This document shows, in pieces, positions 27,670-44,121 of a stretch of 64,000 nt of DNA. The notes under the pieces are model-generated. The model worked only from the letters and a program-made list of their open reading frames with translations. It ran no database searches and had not been told where the DNA came from. Numbering within the stretch: the stretch's first letter is position 1; each line of letters begins with the position of its first letter. The position numbers and the translations under genes were made by a program. This DNA is from the human T2T-CHM13v2.0 reference genome, Homo sapiens: NCBI RefSeq assembly GCF_009914755.1, contig NC_060925.1, one strand, 5' to 3'.

Positions 27670-28910
27670 AACATTTTATGAAAAGCACAGACCAAAAGGG
27701 AAAAAAAATCAAAATGAAAAGCTTTTGCTTCTTGAAAGACATCATTAAGGAGATGAAAACACAAGTCACATGTCTGATAAATATACATATATCTTGATAC
27801 GAGTATATAAAGAGCTCTTACAACTGAACTATAGGAAACTAAACAACCCAATAAAAATGTAGCCAAAATATGTTATCAGATGCTTCACTAAAAAGGTACA
27901 CAAATGACACCAATAGCCACGAGGATGATGCAAATTAAATCACGATGAGATACTACTATATAAAATGAAAATGACCAATAATACTAAGTGTTGACAAGAA
28001 GGTGGAGTAACTGGAGCTCTCATACATTGCTGGTAGAAATACAAAATGTTATAGCCATTTTGGAAGACAGCTTGACAATTTCTTATAACATTAAATATAT
28101 AATTACCGCAAAGCTGAGAAATTCTACTGCTAGTTATCTGTCCAAAAGAAAGAGAAATGTATTCAAATGCTCCTAGAAGCTTTATTCACCATATCAAAGG
28201 AAGGAAAAGAAAAAAGAGAACAACCCAAATGTCCATTAGCTACTGAATAGATAAATTACGCTACATTTTTACAATGGAATCCTACTTAGCAATAGAAAGG
28301 AAAGAACTACTGATACAAGCAACAACATGATGTTAAAAACATCATACTAAGTGAAAGAAGCCAGACACAAAAACTTCCTACTGTATGATTTCATTTATAC
28401 AGAATTTTATTTATTTATTTATTTATTTTCTGACATTCTTTTATTAGAGATACATTAATTCATTAGAAGATTTGAGGATATTTTCTCCCTCAAAAGGCAT
28501 TTGATAAGATGTGAACATGTCTAAAGTAGCAGTGACATAAGCTTTTAATTTTGGCTGTTCCCTTAGGGCCACACACCCAAAGGGTAAACTGGATACGTAT
28601 CTTAGAGCTCAGAAAATCATAGCATTTCAGATTCTGAAGCACTGAACCCATTGTTTTCAACATACAGATGAGGAGGCTGAGTCCTGGAGTGGTAAAATTG
28701 TAGCAACAGAAAGCAGATCAGAGATCAGACTGGAGTGGGCCAGGGGAATGCATGCAAAAGGGCACTAGGGAATTTTCAAGAGATGGACGTGCTCTATACC
28801 TTGAGTGCGGTGGTAGTTACACAGTTTTATACATTTGCAAGACTTCATTAAACTGTACCCTTAAAATGAGTTGATTTTTTTCTATGTAAGTTATGTTTCA
28901 ATAAAGCTCC
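27670..28910 (+). mobile_element. L1ME1-like 3' region, interrupted by an orphan insert at ~28405-28690
   Basis: ORF2 C-terminal and 3' UTR motifs (CTAAGTGAAAGAAGCCAGACAC, ACAGAAAGCAGATCAG, TCAATAAAGCT). Confidence 0.8.
28405..28690 (-). other. polyadenylated non-L1 insert (candidate orphan retrocopy or 3' transduction)
   Basis: (TTTA)n tail at 28405-28429; minus-strand AATAAA at 28440-28445; unique sequence plus a MIR-like piece; splits contiguous L1ME consensus. Confidence 0.6.
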
Positions 28911-28919
28911 TAAAAACAG

Positions 28920-29860
28920 AATACTTATCATAAATAATTAGAAAGTACAGGAAAATACAATGAATCAAAGGAAAATTTATTTCTCATCATCTAACTACTA
29001 TTAATATTTTTGGTAAACTCTTAATTGAAGAATAGAGTACTATAGAAAGTTAAAAATCATAGTTCTGAAACTCATTGATTTTTAAAGTGAACACCCATAT
29101 CATGAAACAGAACACTGCTGTCACTCCAGAAGGTTATTTCATGCCTCCTTCTAGGCAGTAAGCCTTGTAACCAGTAACACCAGAGCTTAGTTTTGTCTAT
29201 TTTGAACTCTCTCTATATATAATATATAAATAAATATAAATGTATTTATATATGTATGTGAAATCACATGGAATGGTTTATCTTATGTATGGTTTCTTTA
29301 GCTCAAAAATACTTTTTCAAGATTTATTCATATTGCATGTAGTTGTAGTTCACTCATTATCATTTTGTAGTTTTTCATTGCATGTACATGGCACAATTTA
29401 TTTATCCATTCTATGCTGAATGATCATTGAGTTATTTACATCCCTTACAGGGATATTAAGCATAAGATTTCTGTAAACATTACTGTGTATATCTTTTGCT
29501 GAACAGAATGTATGCCTGTTAGGTATATACCTAGGATTGGTGTTGCTACATTTTGTGGTATGCATATATGTAAACTTTATAGATATTTTCAAACAGTTTA
29601 TCAATGTGGCTATACCAATTACACTCTCACCAGCAACATATGAGCATTCCAGTTGATTCACATACTGATGTTTTAATATATTTTTCACAGAATATCTCCA
29701 AGTTGATGTTTACAATTTTTGTAACTCAATAAAATTGGGTTCATATGGTATACAGAGATTTGAATATTGCTCTTTAAATTTTTTATTTAACATTATAACA
29801 TCCCTATATTATTGTTATTCAGAAAGATGATTGATTGTTAATTGGGCTGGATAATATTTT
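28920..29860 (-). mobile_element. nested ancient L1ME 3' fragments
   Basis: L1ME-type antisense 3' UTR motifs (CAGAACACTGCTGTCACTCCAGAAGG, GGTATATACCTAGGATTGG, ACACTCTCACCAGCAAC). Confidence 0.65.
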
Positions 29861-29874
29861 ATCATAAGGTTATT

Positions 29875-30018
29875 TCCATCACTTGCAGCTCTTTTCTGAG
29901 CTTTACTTTCCTCAACTATACAATAGAGATAGTTATATTGCTTTTTAGAATTTTTGCAATTTTGTAAAGATATCTAGGTGGGGTTTTCATAATATATGGA
30001 ATACAATAGATGCTCAAC
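29875..30018 (+). mobile_element. MIR fragment
   Basis: CTGAGCTTTACTTTCCTCAACTATACAATAGAGATA ... ATAGATGCTCAA. Confidence 0.5.
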
Positions 30019-30020
30019 TA

Positions 30021-30099
30021 TTAGGTTGATACAAAAGTAATTGCAGGTTTTACCATTACTTTTAATGAAAAAGCCACATTTATTTTTGTACCAACGTAA
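30021..30099. mobile_element. MADE1 mariner (Hsmar1-derived) MITE
   Basis: 79 bp imperfect palindrome TTAGGTTGATACAAAAGTAATTGC ... TTTTTGTACCAACGTAA flanked by TA on both sides. Confidence 0.9.
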
Positions 30100-30149
30100 T
30101 AATTTGTTTCTTTCACATTCTGGCACTATATTCATTTCCTTAATGGAGA

Positions 30150-31423
30150 ATAGTTTAAATACAGTAATTCGATCTTCCTTAATTTCTTTCATTAGAGTTT
30201 TATGGTTTTCTGCAAATAGATCCCCACATATTTTGTTAGATTTATACTTAAATATATAATTTTGGGGGGTGCTATAAATGATATTGTGGTTTTAATTTCA
30301 AATTTCAATTTTTCATTGTTGATATGTAGGAAATAGTTGACTTTTGTATATTAATCTTATACTCTTCAACCTTGCTTATTAGTTCCTGGAGGTTTTTGTT
30401 GTGATTGTTGTAGATCATGTGTAATTTTATAAATAGACAATCATGCCATTTATGAACAATTTTACTTTTTCCTTCCCAATCTGTATACCTTTTATTCTCC
30501 TGTCTTGTTTGCACTACCTGGGTCTTCCAGTATGATGTTGAATAAAAATGGTGAGAAGGAACATGCTTACATTTTCCCCAATCTTAGGGGTGGAAGCATC
30601 CAGGTTCTCATCATTAAGTGTGATATGTTTGCTGAAGATTATTTGTAGATATTCTTTATCGAGTTAAGGAGATTCCCCACTATTCCTACTGTGCTGAGAC
30701 CTTTTATGTGGTGTTGGATTGAATGAATGTTGGATTTTGTCAAATGCTTTTTCTGCATCAATTGATATGATTACATGTTTTTTCCTCCATAGACTGTTGA
30801 TGTAGACTAACTTAACTGATTTTTGAATGTTGAACCAGCCTTTGCACAAATGTAATAAATCTCATTTAGTCTTGGTTTATCATTCTTCTTATTTATCATT
30901 GGATTATATATAAAATATTGTATCTAATATTTTAAAATATAATCTGTAATTTCCCCTTCCTGTAATATATTTATCTGATTTTGTTCTTAAGGAAATGGTG
31001 GCCTCATAGAATGATTTAGAAAGTGTTCCTTCTGCTTTTGTTTTTTGAAGAGATTATAGAGAATTACTTCGTTAAATGTTTGGTAGAATTCACCAGTGAA
31101 ACCATTTGGCACTAGTGCTTTCCTTCTTTTTCTGCCTTCTCTGGTTTTAAGTAAACATTTTATATAATTCTATTTTGTCTCTTCTCTTAGCATATCAATC
31201 ATATATCTTTTAACAATTTTTCAGTGCTTGCTCTAGAGTTTTCAATACACATATATAATTTATATAAGTCAACTTTCAAATAACACTACGTTGCTTCATG
31301 GGCGGTGAAGATACCTCCCCCTAGAGTATTCTCAATTCCCCTTCCCTGTCTTATAACATATCTGTCATGCATTCTACTTATCCATATATTATAACAGCTC
31401 AATACATTCTTAGTATTATTACT
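30150..31423 (-). mobile_element. old L1 (L1MC-like) ORF2 and inter-ORF fragments; outermost host of the nested cluster
   Basis: ORF 30664-30849 KGWFNIQKS...[15 protein letters not shown]; 5' part resumes at ~44600. Confidence 0.75.
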
Positions 31424-33739
31424 TGCACAGATATGCATTTGATGATTTCCTTTCTTTTAGGTGTATAACTAGCTGTGGAATTGCTGGATCATATGGTAGT
31501 TCTAGTTTTAGTTTTTTGAGGAATCTTCAAACCGTTCTTTATAGTGGTTGTACTAATTTACGTTGTCAAATGAGGTTTCCTTTTCTCCACATTCTCACTA
31601 GCATTTGTTATTGCCTGTCTTTTGGATAAAAGTCATTTTAACTGGAGCGAGATGACATCTCATTGTAGTTTTATTTGCTATCATATAGATAATATCTCAT
31701 TTGTAGTTCTGATAATCAGTGATGTTGAGCACCTTTTCATGTACATATTTGCCAATTGTATTTCTTCTTTTGAGGAATGTCACTCAGATCTTTTGCCTAT
31801 TTTAAAATTGGATTATTAGGTTTTTTCCTGTAGAGTTGCTTGAGCTCCTTATATATGGCAAATATTTTCTCCCATTCAGTTGGTTATCTCTTCACTTTGT
31901 TGATTGCTTCCTTTGCTGTGCAGAAGCTTTTTAACTTGATGTGATCCCATTTGTCTGTTTTTGCTTTGGTTGCCTGTGCTTGTTGGGTATTACTCAAGAA
32001 ATCTTTGCCCACTCCAATGTCCTGGAGAGTTTCTTAAATGTTTTCTTGTAGTAGTTTCATAGTTTGAGGTCTTTGGTTTAATTCTTTAATCCATTTTGAT
32101 TTCATCTTTGTATATGGCAAGAGATACAGGTCTATTCTTCTGCATATGAATATCCAGTTTCTCCAGCACCATTTATTAAAGAGACTGTCTTTTACCCAAC
32201 ATATGTTCCTGGCACTTTTGAGGTCACTGTAGATGTATGGATTTATCTCTGGGTTCTCTATTCTGTTCCATCAGTCTATGTGTCTGTTTTTATGCCAGTA
32301 CTATGCTGTTGTGGTTGCTATAGCACTGAAGTATAATTTGAAGTCAAGTAATGTAATTCCTCCAGCTTGTTCTTTTTGTTCAGAATAGCTTTGTCTATTC
32401 TGGGTCTTTTGTGGTTCCATATTCCATATAAACTTTAGGATTGTTTTCTCTATTTCTGTGAGTAACATCATTGGCATTTTGATAAAGACTGCATTGAATC
32501 TGTAGATTGCTTTGGGCAGTATGGACATTTTAACAATATTGATTCTTCCAATCCACTGACATGGAATATCTTTCCAGTTTTTGCTGTCCTCTTCAATTTC
32601 TTGAATCAACGTTTTATAGTTTTCATTGCACATATCTTTCACTCCTTTGGTTAAGTTAATATCTAGGTATTTTATTTTATTTGTAGCTATTGTAAATAGG
32701 ATTACTTTCTTGACTTCTGTATCATATTGTTTGCTCTTGGCATATAGAAATGCTGCTGATTTTTGTATGTTGATTTTGTGTCCTGCAGCTTTGCTAAATT
32801 TGTTGATCAGTTGTAATAGTTTTTTGATGGAGTCTTCAGGTTTTTCCAAATATAGGATTATATCATCTGCAGACAAAGACAATTTTACTTCTTTTCCTTT
32901 TGGATGTCCTTTTCCTGGTCTGATTGATCTAGCTGGCATTTCCAGTACTATGTTGAATGAGAATAGTAAAGGTGGGCTTCCTTGTCATCTTCCAGATATT
33001 GCAGAAAGGCTTTCAGTTTTTCCCCACTCAGTATGATTATAGCTGTGAGTCTATCATATATGAGTTTTATTGTGTTGAATATTTTTTGTGCCTGGTTTTT
33101 TGAGGGTTTTATCAGGAAGGGATGCTGAGTTTTATCAAATGCTTTTTCAGCATCAGTTGAAATGATCATATGGTTTTTGTCCTTTGTTCTGTTGATATAT
33201 CACATTGATTGATTTGTGTATGTTGAACCACCCTTGCATACCTGGGATAAATCTCACTTGGTCATGAAGGATGACTTTTTAATGTGTTGTTGCTTTAGTT
33301 TGCTAGTATTTTGGTAGGAATTGTTGCATCAATCTTCATCAGGGATACTGGCCTGTAGTTTTCTTTTAATCTGTGTCTTTGTCTGGTTTTGGTATCAGGA
33401 TAATACTGGCCCTGTAAAATGAATTTGGAAGTATTTTATCCTCCTTTATTTTTCAGAATAGATTGAAAAGTATTGGTACTAGCTCTCCTTTAAATGTTTG
33501 GTAAAATTCTTTAGTGAAGCCATCAGGTCCTGGGCTTTTCTTTGCTGAGAGACTTTATTATGGCTTTCATCTCATTACTTGTTATTGGTCTGTTTGGGCT
33601 TCAGATTTATTCATGATACAATCTTGGTAAGTTGTATGTGTCTAGGAATTTATTCATTTCTTCTAAGTTTTCCAAATTTTGGCATATAGTTGCTCCTACT
33701 AGCCTCTAGTGATCCTTTGAATTTCTGTGGTATCAGTTG

Positions 33740-36076
33740 TAATATGGTCTGCCTCTCTATTCCACCCAAATGTCATCTTGAATTGTAATCCAAATTGTAA
33801 TCCACGTGTGTTTGGAGAGGGACTTTGTAGGAGGTGATTAGATCATGGGGGCAGTTCCCCATGCTGTTCGCATGATATTGAGTGAGTTCTCACAAGATCT
33901 AGTGGTTTTATAAGCGTCTGGCATTTCACCTGCTTTCGCTAATTCTCTCTCCTGTTGCCCTGTGAAGAGGTGCCTTCCACCATGATTGTAAGTTTCCTGA
34001 GGCCTCCCAAACCATGCGCAACTGTGAGTCAATTAAACCTCTTTTCCTTACAAATTACCCAGTCTTAGGTATTTCTTCATAACAGCATGAGAATGGACTA
34101 ATACAGTAAATTGGTACCACAGAGAATGAGGTACTGCTATAAAGATACCCAAAAATGTGGAAGCAACTTTACAACTGGATAATAGGCAGAGGCTGGAACA
34201 GTATAGAGGGTTCAGAAGAAGACAGAAAAATGTGGTCAAGTTTGGAACTTCCTAGAAACTTGGAGGGCTCAGAAGACAGAAAGACGTGGGAAAGTTTGGA
34301 ACTTCCTAGAGATTTGCTGAACAGTTTTGACCAAAATGCTGATAGTGATATGGACAATGAAGTACAGGCTGAAGTGGTCTCAGATAGAGATTAGAAACTT
34401 GTTGGGAACTGGAGTAAAGGTCGCTCTTGCTATGCTTTAGCAAAGAGACTGGAGGTTGTTTGCCCCTGACCTAGAGATCTGTGGAACTTTGAACTTGAGA
34501 GAGATGATTTAGGGTATCTGGTGGAAGAAATTTCTAAGCAGCAAAGCATTCAAGTGGTGACAGAGCATAAAAGTTTGGAAAATTTTCAGCCTAATGATAC
34601 AGTCGGAAAGAAAAACCCATTTTCTGGGGCAAAATTCAAGCTGGCTGCAGAAATTTGTATGAGTAATGAGGAGCCAAATGTTAATCACTAAGACAATGGG
34701 GAAAATATCTCCAGGTCATGTCAGAGACCTTCATGGCAGCCCTTCCCATTACATGCCTGTAGAATTAGGAGGCAAAAATTGTTTTGTGGGCCTGACCTGG
34801 GACCCACTGCTCCATGCAGCCTCAGGACATGGTGCCCTGCAACCTAGCTGCTTCAGCTACAGCTGTGGCTAAAATGGGCCAGTGTACAGGTTGGCCTGTT
34901 TCTTCAGAGGGTGCAAGCCCCACGCCTTGGTGGCTTACACATGGTTTTGGGCCTGCAGGTGCACAGAAGTCAAGAATTGAGTTTTGGGAACCTCCACCTA
35001 GATTTCAGAGGATGTACGGAAATGCCTGGATGTTCAGTTAGAAGTCTGCTGCAGGGGTGAGCCCCCATGGAGGACCTCTGCTAGGGCAATGTGGAAGGGA
35101 AATGTGGCATTGGCACCCTCACACAGAGTCCCCACTGGGGCACTACCTGGTGGAACTGTGAGAAGAGAGCCACTGTCCTCCAGACCCCAGAATGACAGAT
35201 CCACTGACAGCTTTTACTGTGTGCGTGGAAAAACTGCAGGCACTCAATGCCACCAATGAAAGCAGCCAAAGAGTGGTGCTTTACCCTGCAAAGCCACAAG
35301 GGCAGAGCTTCCCAAGGCTGTGGGAGCCCACCTCTTGCATCAGTATGTCCTGGATGTGAGACATGGAGTCAAAGGATCATTTGGGAACTTTAAGGTTTAA
35401 TGACTATCCTGTTGGATTTCAGACTTGCATGGGGCCTGTAGCCCCTTTGTTTTGGCCAATTTCTCCCATTTGGAATGGGTGCATTTATCCAATGCCTGTA
35501 CCCCCATTATATCTTGGAAGTAACTAACTTGCTTTTGATTTTACAGGCTCATAAGTGGAAGGGAATTGTCTTGTCTTAGATAAAACTATAGACTTAGTCT
35601 TTTGGGTTAATGCTGAAATGAATTAAGACTTTGAAGAACTGTTGAAAAGGCATAATTATGTTTTAAAATGTGAGAAAGATGAGATTTGGGAGAGGCCAGA
35701 GGCAGAATAATATGGCCTGGCTCTATGTCCCCACCCAAATATCATCTTAAATTGTAATCTGAATTATAATCCCCATGTGTTGGGGAAGGAAACTTGTAGG
35801 AGGTGATTAGATCATGTGGGCGGTTCCCTCATGCTGTTCTCATTATAGTGAGTGAGTTCTCATGATATCTGGTGGTTTTATAAGCATCTGACCTTTCCCC
35901 CGGCTTGCACTGATTCTCTCTCCTGCCACCCTGTAAAGAGATGCCTTCTGACATGATTATAAGTTTCCTGAGGCCTCCCTAGTCACGTAGAACTGTGAGT
36001 CAATTAAACCTCTTTTCTTTATAAATTATCCAGTTTTGGGTATTTCTTCATAGCAGCATAAGAATGGACTAATACA
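33740..36076 (+). mobile_element. complete THE1 (THE1C/D-like) MaLR provirus: LTR 33740-34105, internal 34106-35707, LTR 35708-36076
   Basis: Two homologous LTRs ending GGACTAATACA; internal starts GTAAATTGGTACC; purine tract before 3' LTR; exact 5 bp TSD AGTTG. Confidence 0.96.
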
Positions 36077-37480
36077 AGTTGTAATGTCTCCATTTTCATC
36101 TCTGATTTTATTTATTTTAATTTTTACTCTTTCTTAGTCTAGCTAAAATTTTGCCAATTTTGTTTATCTGTTCAAAAATAGCAACATTTTGCTGATCTTT
36201 CATATTTTTTGTTTCAATTTCATTTATTTCTGTTTCAATCTTTATTATTTCTTTTCTTCTACTAACGTTGGGTTTTGTTTGCTCTTGCTTTTCTAGTTCT
36301 TTAAGATTCATCATTAGGTTGCTTATTTGAATGAAGTTTTTTTACTTTTTTGATGTAGGTGCTTTTTGCTGTAAACTTTCCTCTTAGTATTGCTTTTGCT
36401 GTATCTCATAGGTTTTGCTATGTTGTATCCCCATTTTCATTTGTTTCAAGAAATATTTAATTTCCTTCTGAATCTCTTCATTGACCTACTGGTCATTTAG
36501 GAGCATATTATTTAATTTTAATGTTTTTATAGTTTCCAAATTCCTCTTTTTATTAATTTCTAGTTTCATTCCTTTGTGTTCAGAGAAGATAATTGACATA
36601 ATTTCAAGTTTTTGGAATTTTTTAAAGACCTTTTTTTTTTGGCCTAACAGATGGTCTATCCTTGAGAATGATCCATGTGCTGAGGAGAAGAGTGTGTATT
36701 CTGATGCTATTGGTTGAAATGTACTGTGAACACTTATGGGATCCATTTGGATATACTGCAGATTAAATCAGTGTTTCTTTGCTCATATTCTGTCTGGATG
36801 ATCTGTCCAATGCTTCATGTGGGGTATTGAAGTCTCCAACTATTATTGTATTGGGGTCTGTATCTCTCTTTAGCTCTAAATAATGTTTGCTTTATATCTG
36901 TGTGCACCAGTGTTGGGTACATGTGTATTTACAATTATGATATTCTTTTGCTGAATTGACCCCTTTATTATTGTATAATGACTTTGTCAACTTTTATAGT
37001 TTTTGTCTTGAAATCCATTTTGTTTGATATGAGTATAGCTACTCCTGCTCTTTTTTGTTCTTTATTTACATGGAATATCTTTTTCCATTATTTTATTTTC
37101 AGTTCATGTCTCTTAATGGTGAAGTGTGTTTCCTTTAGGCACTAGATCATTGGGCCTAATTTTCAAAATTCATTCAGCCACTCTATGTCTTTTTATTGGA
37201 GAATTTAGTTCACTATTTACTTTCGATGTTACTATTGATAAACAAGTATATCTCTGACATTTTGTTATTTGTTTTCTGTTGTTTTGTGGCATTCTCTTCC
37301 TTCTTTCCTGCCTTCCTTTTAGTGAAGGTGATTTCCTTGGGTGGTATGTTTTAATTTCTTGCTTTTTAAATTTCTTGCTTTTGTATATGTGTATCCATTG
37401 TATTTTTTGATTTGAGGTTATTATGACACTTGCAAATAATATTTTTAAACCATTATTTTAAACTGATGACAAATTAACAA

Positions 37481-40487
<3,007 letters not shown>

Positions 40488-41701
40488 CCTTTTTGTTCTT
40501 GTTACTTATATTTTATTGTACTGTGTCTTGAAAAGTTGTAATTATTATTTTTGATTGGTTCATACATGAATAGTTTACATACCACAATTACATGTTATAG
40601 TATTCTGTGTTTTTCTGTGTACTTACTACTGTTAGTTAGTTTTGTACTTCTTGTCTGATAGGTCTGGTGTTGATGACATCCCTCAGCTTTTGTTTGTCTT
40701 GGAAAGTCTTTATTTCTCAGTCTGTTAAGGATATTTCCACTGAATATACAACTATAGGATAAAAGTATTTTTTTTCCTTCAGCACTTTATGTCAAATATG
40801 TCATGCTACTCTCTCCTGGCCTATAAGGTTTCCACTGAGAAGTCTGCTGCTAGGTGTATTGGAGCTCCATTGAGTGTTATTTGTTTTTTTCTGTTGCTGC
40901 CTTCAGGATCCTTTCTTTATTCTTGACTTTTGGGAGTTTAATTATTAAATATCTTGAGGTAGTCTTCTTTGCATTAAGTCTGCTTGTTGTTTTAAAACCT
41001 TCCTGTACTTGAAAATTGATATCTTTCCCTAGGTTTGGGTAGTTCTCTGTTACTATCCCTTTGAATAAACTTTCCATCCCTATCTCTCTTCCTACTTCCT
41101 CTTTAAGGCCAATAACTCTTAGTTTTCTCACTTTTGAGGCTATTTCTAGATCTTGTAGGTGTGCTTCATTGTTTTCTATTCTTTTTCCTCCTCTGACTAT
41201 TTTCAAGTAGCCTGGCTTTAAGCTCACTAATTCTTCCTTCTGCTTTATCAGTTCTACTGTTTTGACACTAATGCATTTTTCAATATGTCAATTGCATTTT
41301 TCAGCTCCAGAATTTCTGCTTGATTTTTTAAATTATTTCAATCTCTTTCTTAAGTTGATTTGATAAGATTCTGAATTCCTTCTCTGTTATCTTGAATTTT
41401 GCTGAGTTTCCTCAAAACAGCTAGTTTTAATTCTCTGTCGGAAACATCACATATCTCTATCTCTCCAGGATTGGTCCCTGGGGACTTACTTAGTTTGTTT
41501 ATTGAGGTAGTGTTTTCCTGGATAGTCTAGATGCTATCCAATTCATTGTTGCCTGGGCATTGAAGAGTTAGGTATTTATTGTGGTCCTTTGAGTCTGGGC
41601 TTCTTTGTACCCATCCTTCTTGTAAGGTTTCCCAGGTATTCAAAAGGACTTGGGTGTTGTGATAGAAGTTTTTTGTCACTGCACTTGTATCTGCATCAGG
41701 G

Positions 41702-42422
41702 TGTTACAGTAGGTAGCTAGTCAGACATGAGCAGAGCAGAAGAGGGCTCCCCCAACCACCCCATACACACACACACCCGGAATGTCAGGCAACCATCAGG
41801 TGATGGTCAGGTGGTTGTTAACTGTCTCTCTAAAATAATAATTGGTAACAACCAGCACCAGAGAAAGGCAGTCTTCTAATAATCTGAAACACCTGAAACT
41901 GGTGATCAGCCGCTTCCCAATAAGATCCCAGGAGTTGGCCAAGTAGGCTCAAGCACGTACATTAAGAGGCAAAATGGCAGAGTTTAACTGGTATATGACC
42001 TTCTAGGAATATTCAGCTGGTAAGGGAAGGATGACTCAAGTGAGAATGCATATAACTCCAGTAAACACATTGTGCATGCATACCTAACAAGTGCTAGCAG
42101 ACCACTGCATATGCAGACAGCTCATCCCAAGAGAAGAATCAAGGGAGAAGAGATGCAGACCCCGTAAGTATGCCAACATATAAAACCCCAAGTCAAAAGG
42201 TCAAATGGTGCACTTGTCCTCAAGTTGCCCTCTTGGCCCTCTTCCAAGTGTACTTTACTTTCTTTTCATTCCTGTTCTAAAGCTTTTTAATAAACCTTCA
42301 CTCCTGCTCTAAAACTTGCCTCAGTCTATTCTTCTGCCTTATGCTCCTCAGTCAAATTCTTTCTTCTGAGGAGGCAAGAATTGAGGTTGCTGCAGATCCA
42401 TACAAATGTGCCACTAGTAACA
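41702..42422 (+). mobile_element. MER50-like solo LTR (ERV1)
   Basis: TGTTACAGTAGGTAGCTAGTCAG start, TAGTAACA end, TATAAAA ~42179, AATAAA ~42289; TSD degraded. Confidence 0.85.
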
Positions 42423-42629
42423 AAGTGGTACCCCAAGCTTAGTAATGCTGTGGGTCTTGCAGACTCACAGAGGTTCCACATTGGTAGTCTTTTATATGAT
42501 TCACAAGAATTCTCTGGATTACTAAGCAGAGACTCTTATTCTTTTCCCTTTCTTTCTCCCAAACATATGGAGTCTCTCTCTGTGCTAAGCTGCCTTAAGC
42601 TGGGGGAGTGTGCCGCATGCGGTGTGGCC

Positions 42630-43620
42630 TGTGTTGGGTCATATCTGAAGCTAGCACAGCACTGGGTCTCACCCATAGCCATGGCAACCATTGCCTGGCT
42701 ATTGCCTATGTTTACTCAAGGTCACAGGGCTCTACAATCAGCAGGTGGTGAAGCTAGCTAGGTTTGTGTCCTTCCCCTCAGCAAGTTCCCATGAATGCCT
42801 GTCAGGTTCAGAAATGCTGTCTGGGAGGTAGGGCCTGTCATTGGACACCCTAGGAATCTAACCGGTGCCCTATTCTACTGTGGCTGAGCTGGCACCCATA
42901 CTGTCTTGTGGCACCCAAGCAACAAGGCAAAGTCCTTCCCACATTTTTCTCCCCTTTCCGCAAGCACAGCAATCTCTATCCATGGCCACCACCACACCAG
43001 ACTGGTGTTGTGTACTACCTGGCTACTGCTCAAGGCCCAAAGGCTCTTCAGTGAGCTTGTGGTGAATGTTGCCAGGCCTGGGACTCTTCCTTTAGGGCAG
43101 CGGTAATCCCTCTGGCCCAGGGCAGGTCCAGAAATACCATCCAAGAGCCAAGGTCTGGAATCAGAGACCCCAAGAGCCCACTTTGTGCTCTACCCCACTG
43201 TGTACAAGCTGGTGCCTAAGCTGCAAGACAGGGTCTCATTTACTCTTCCTTCTCCTTTTCTCAAGCATAAAGAGTCCCTTCCAATAGGTACCATAGTTGG
43301 GAATGTGCTGGGTCACACCTGAAGCTAGCATGTTTCTAAGTCTCCCCCAAGGCTCACAGCAAGAACTGCCTATGTATCACTGCTGATTATCCAGGGCCAA
43401 GGGCTCTTTAGTCAGCAGTCGTACAATCAACTGCCAGACTGTATTCTTCTCAAGACAGCATGTTCCCTTCTGGTCCAGGGTATGTCTAGAAATGTTGTCC
43501 AAGAAGAAGAGCCTGGAATGAGGGCCTTAGGACTCTGCCTGGTACCCTATCCTACTGTGGGTGAGCTGGTATCCAAGTTGCCAGACAAAATCCTCTTTAC
43601 TCTTGCCTCTCCTCTCCTGA
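42630..43620 (-). repeat. about three degenerate ~320-360 bp monomers in the L1M 5' UTR
   Basis: Recurring GGTGCCCTATTCTACTGTGGCTGAGCTGG-like block at ~42864, ~43183 and ~43541. Confidence 0.65.
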
Positions 43621-44121
43621 CGTGGAGGGATGGAGACTCTCCTGGAACTGCAAGCTACATTGTCTGGAGTTGGGGGAAGGGCAGTGCAAGCACTCCCTCG
43701 GCTGCCTGCACTGGTGTCTCACTAGATATTGTGCCCCCCAAGTTTACTGGCTCCAAGCCCAGCACAGCACCAAGATTTGCCCAGGAATGGCAGTCCTTGT
43801 GGCCTAGGCTGCCTTCACGTTTATTTAGGACCTCATATCTGTTTAGCCTGTGGAGGTGAGGCTTGCAAGAACTCAGGTTCCAACCACTGGGATGGGTAAT
43901 TCTCCTTTTACTAGGGTTGGTCTAAATATTGTCTCCATGGGTGCCAACTAACTTCTACCTGATATTGCTTTCTGCTGTGATAAGGCAGCACTGAGTTTCA
44001 ATGCAAAGTTCCACCGCCACTGTGCTCTCACTCTCCCAAGTGCACAGATCCTCTCTGTGTGCCATGCAGTCACTGGTGGGGATGGAGGAGGGGTGACATT
44101 GGCAATTCAAGACTGTCTTTT

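Noticed and set aside
34155-35299. ORFs in THE1 internal regions (also 60100-61508)
   Set aside because: Short fragments of the decayed MaLR internal sequence and antisense frames; no intact ORF.
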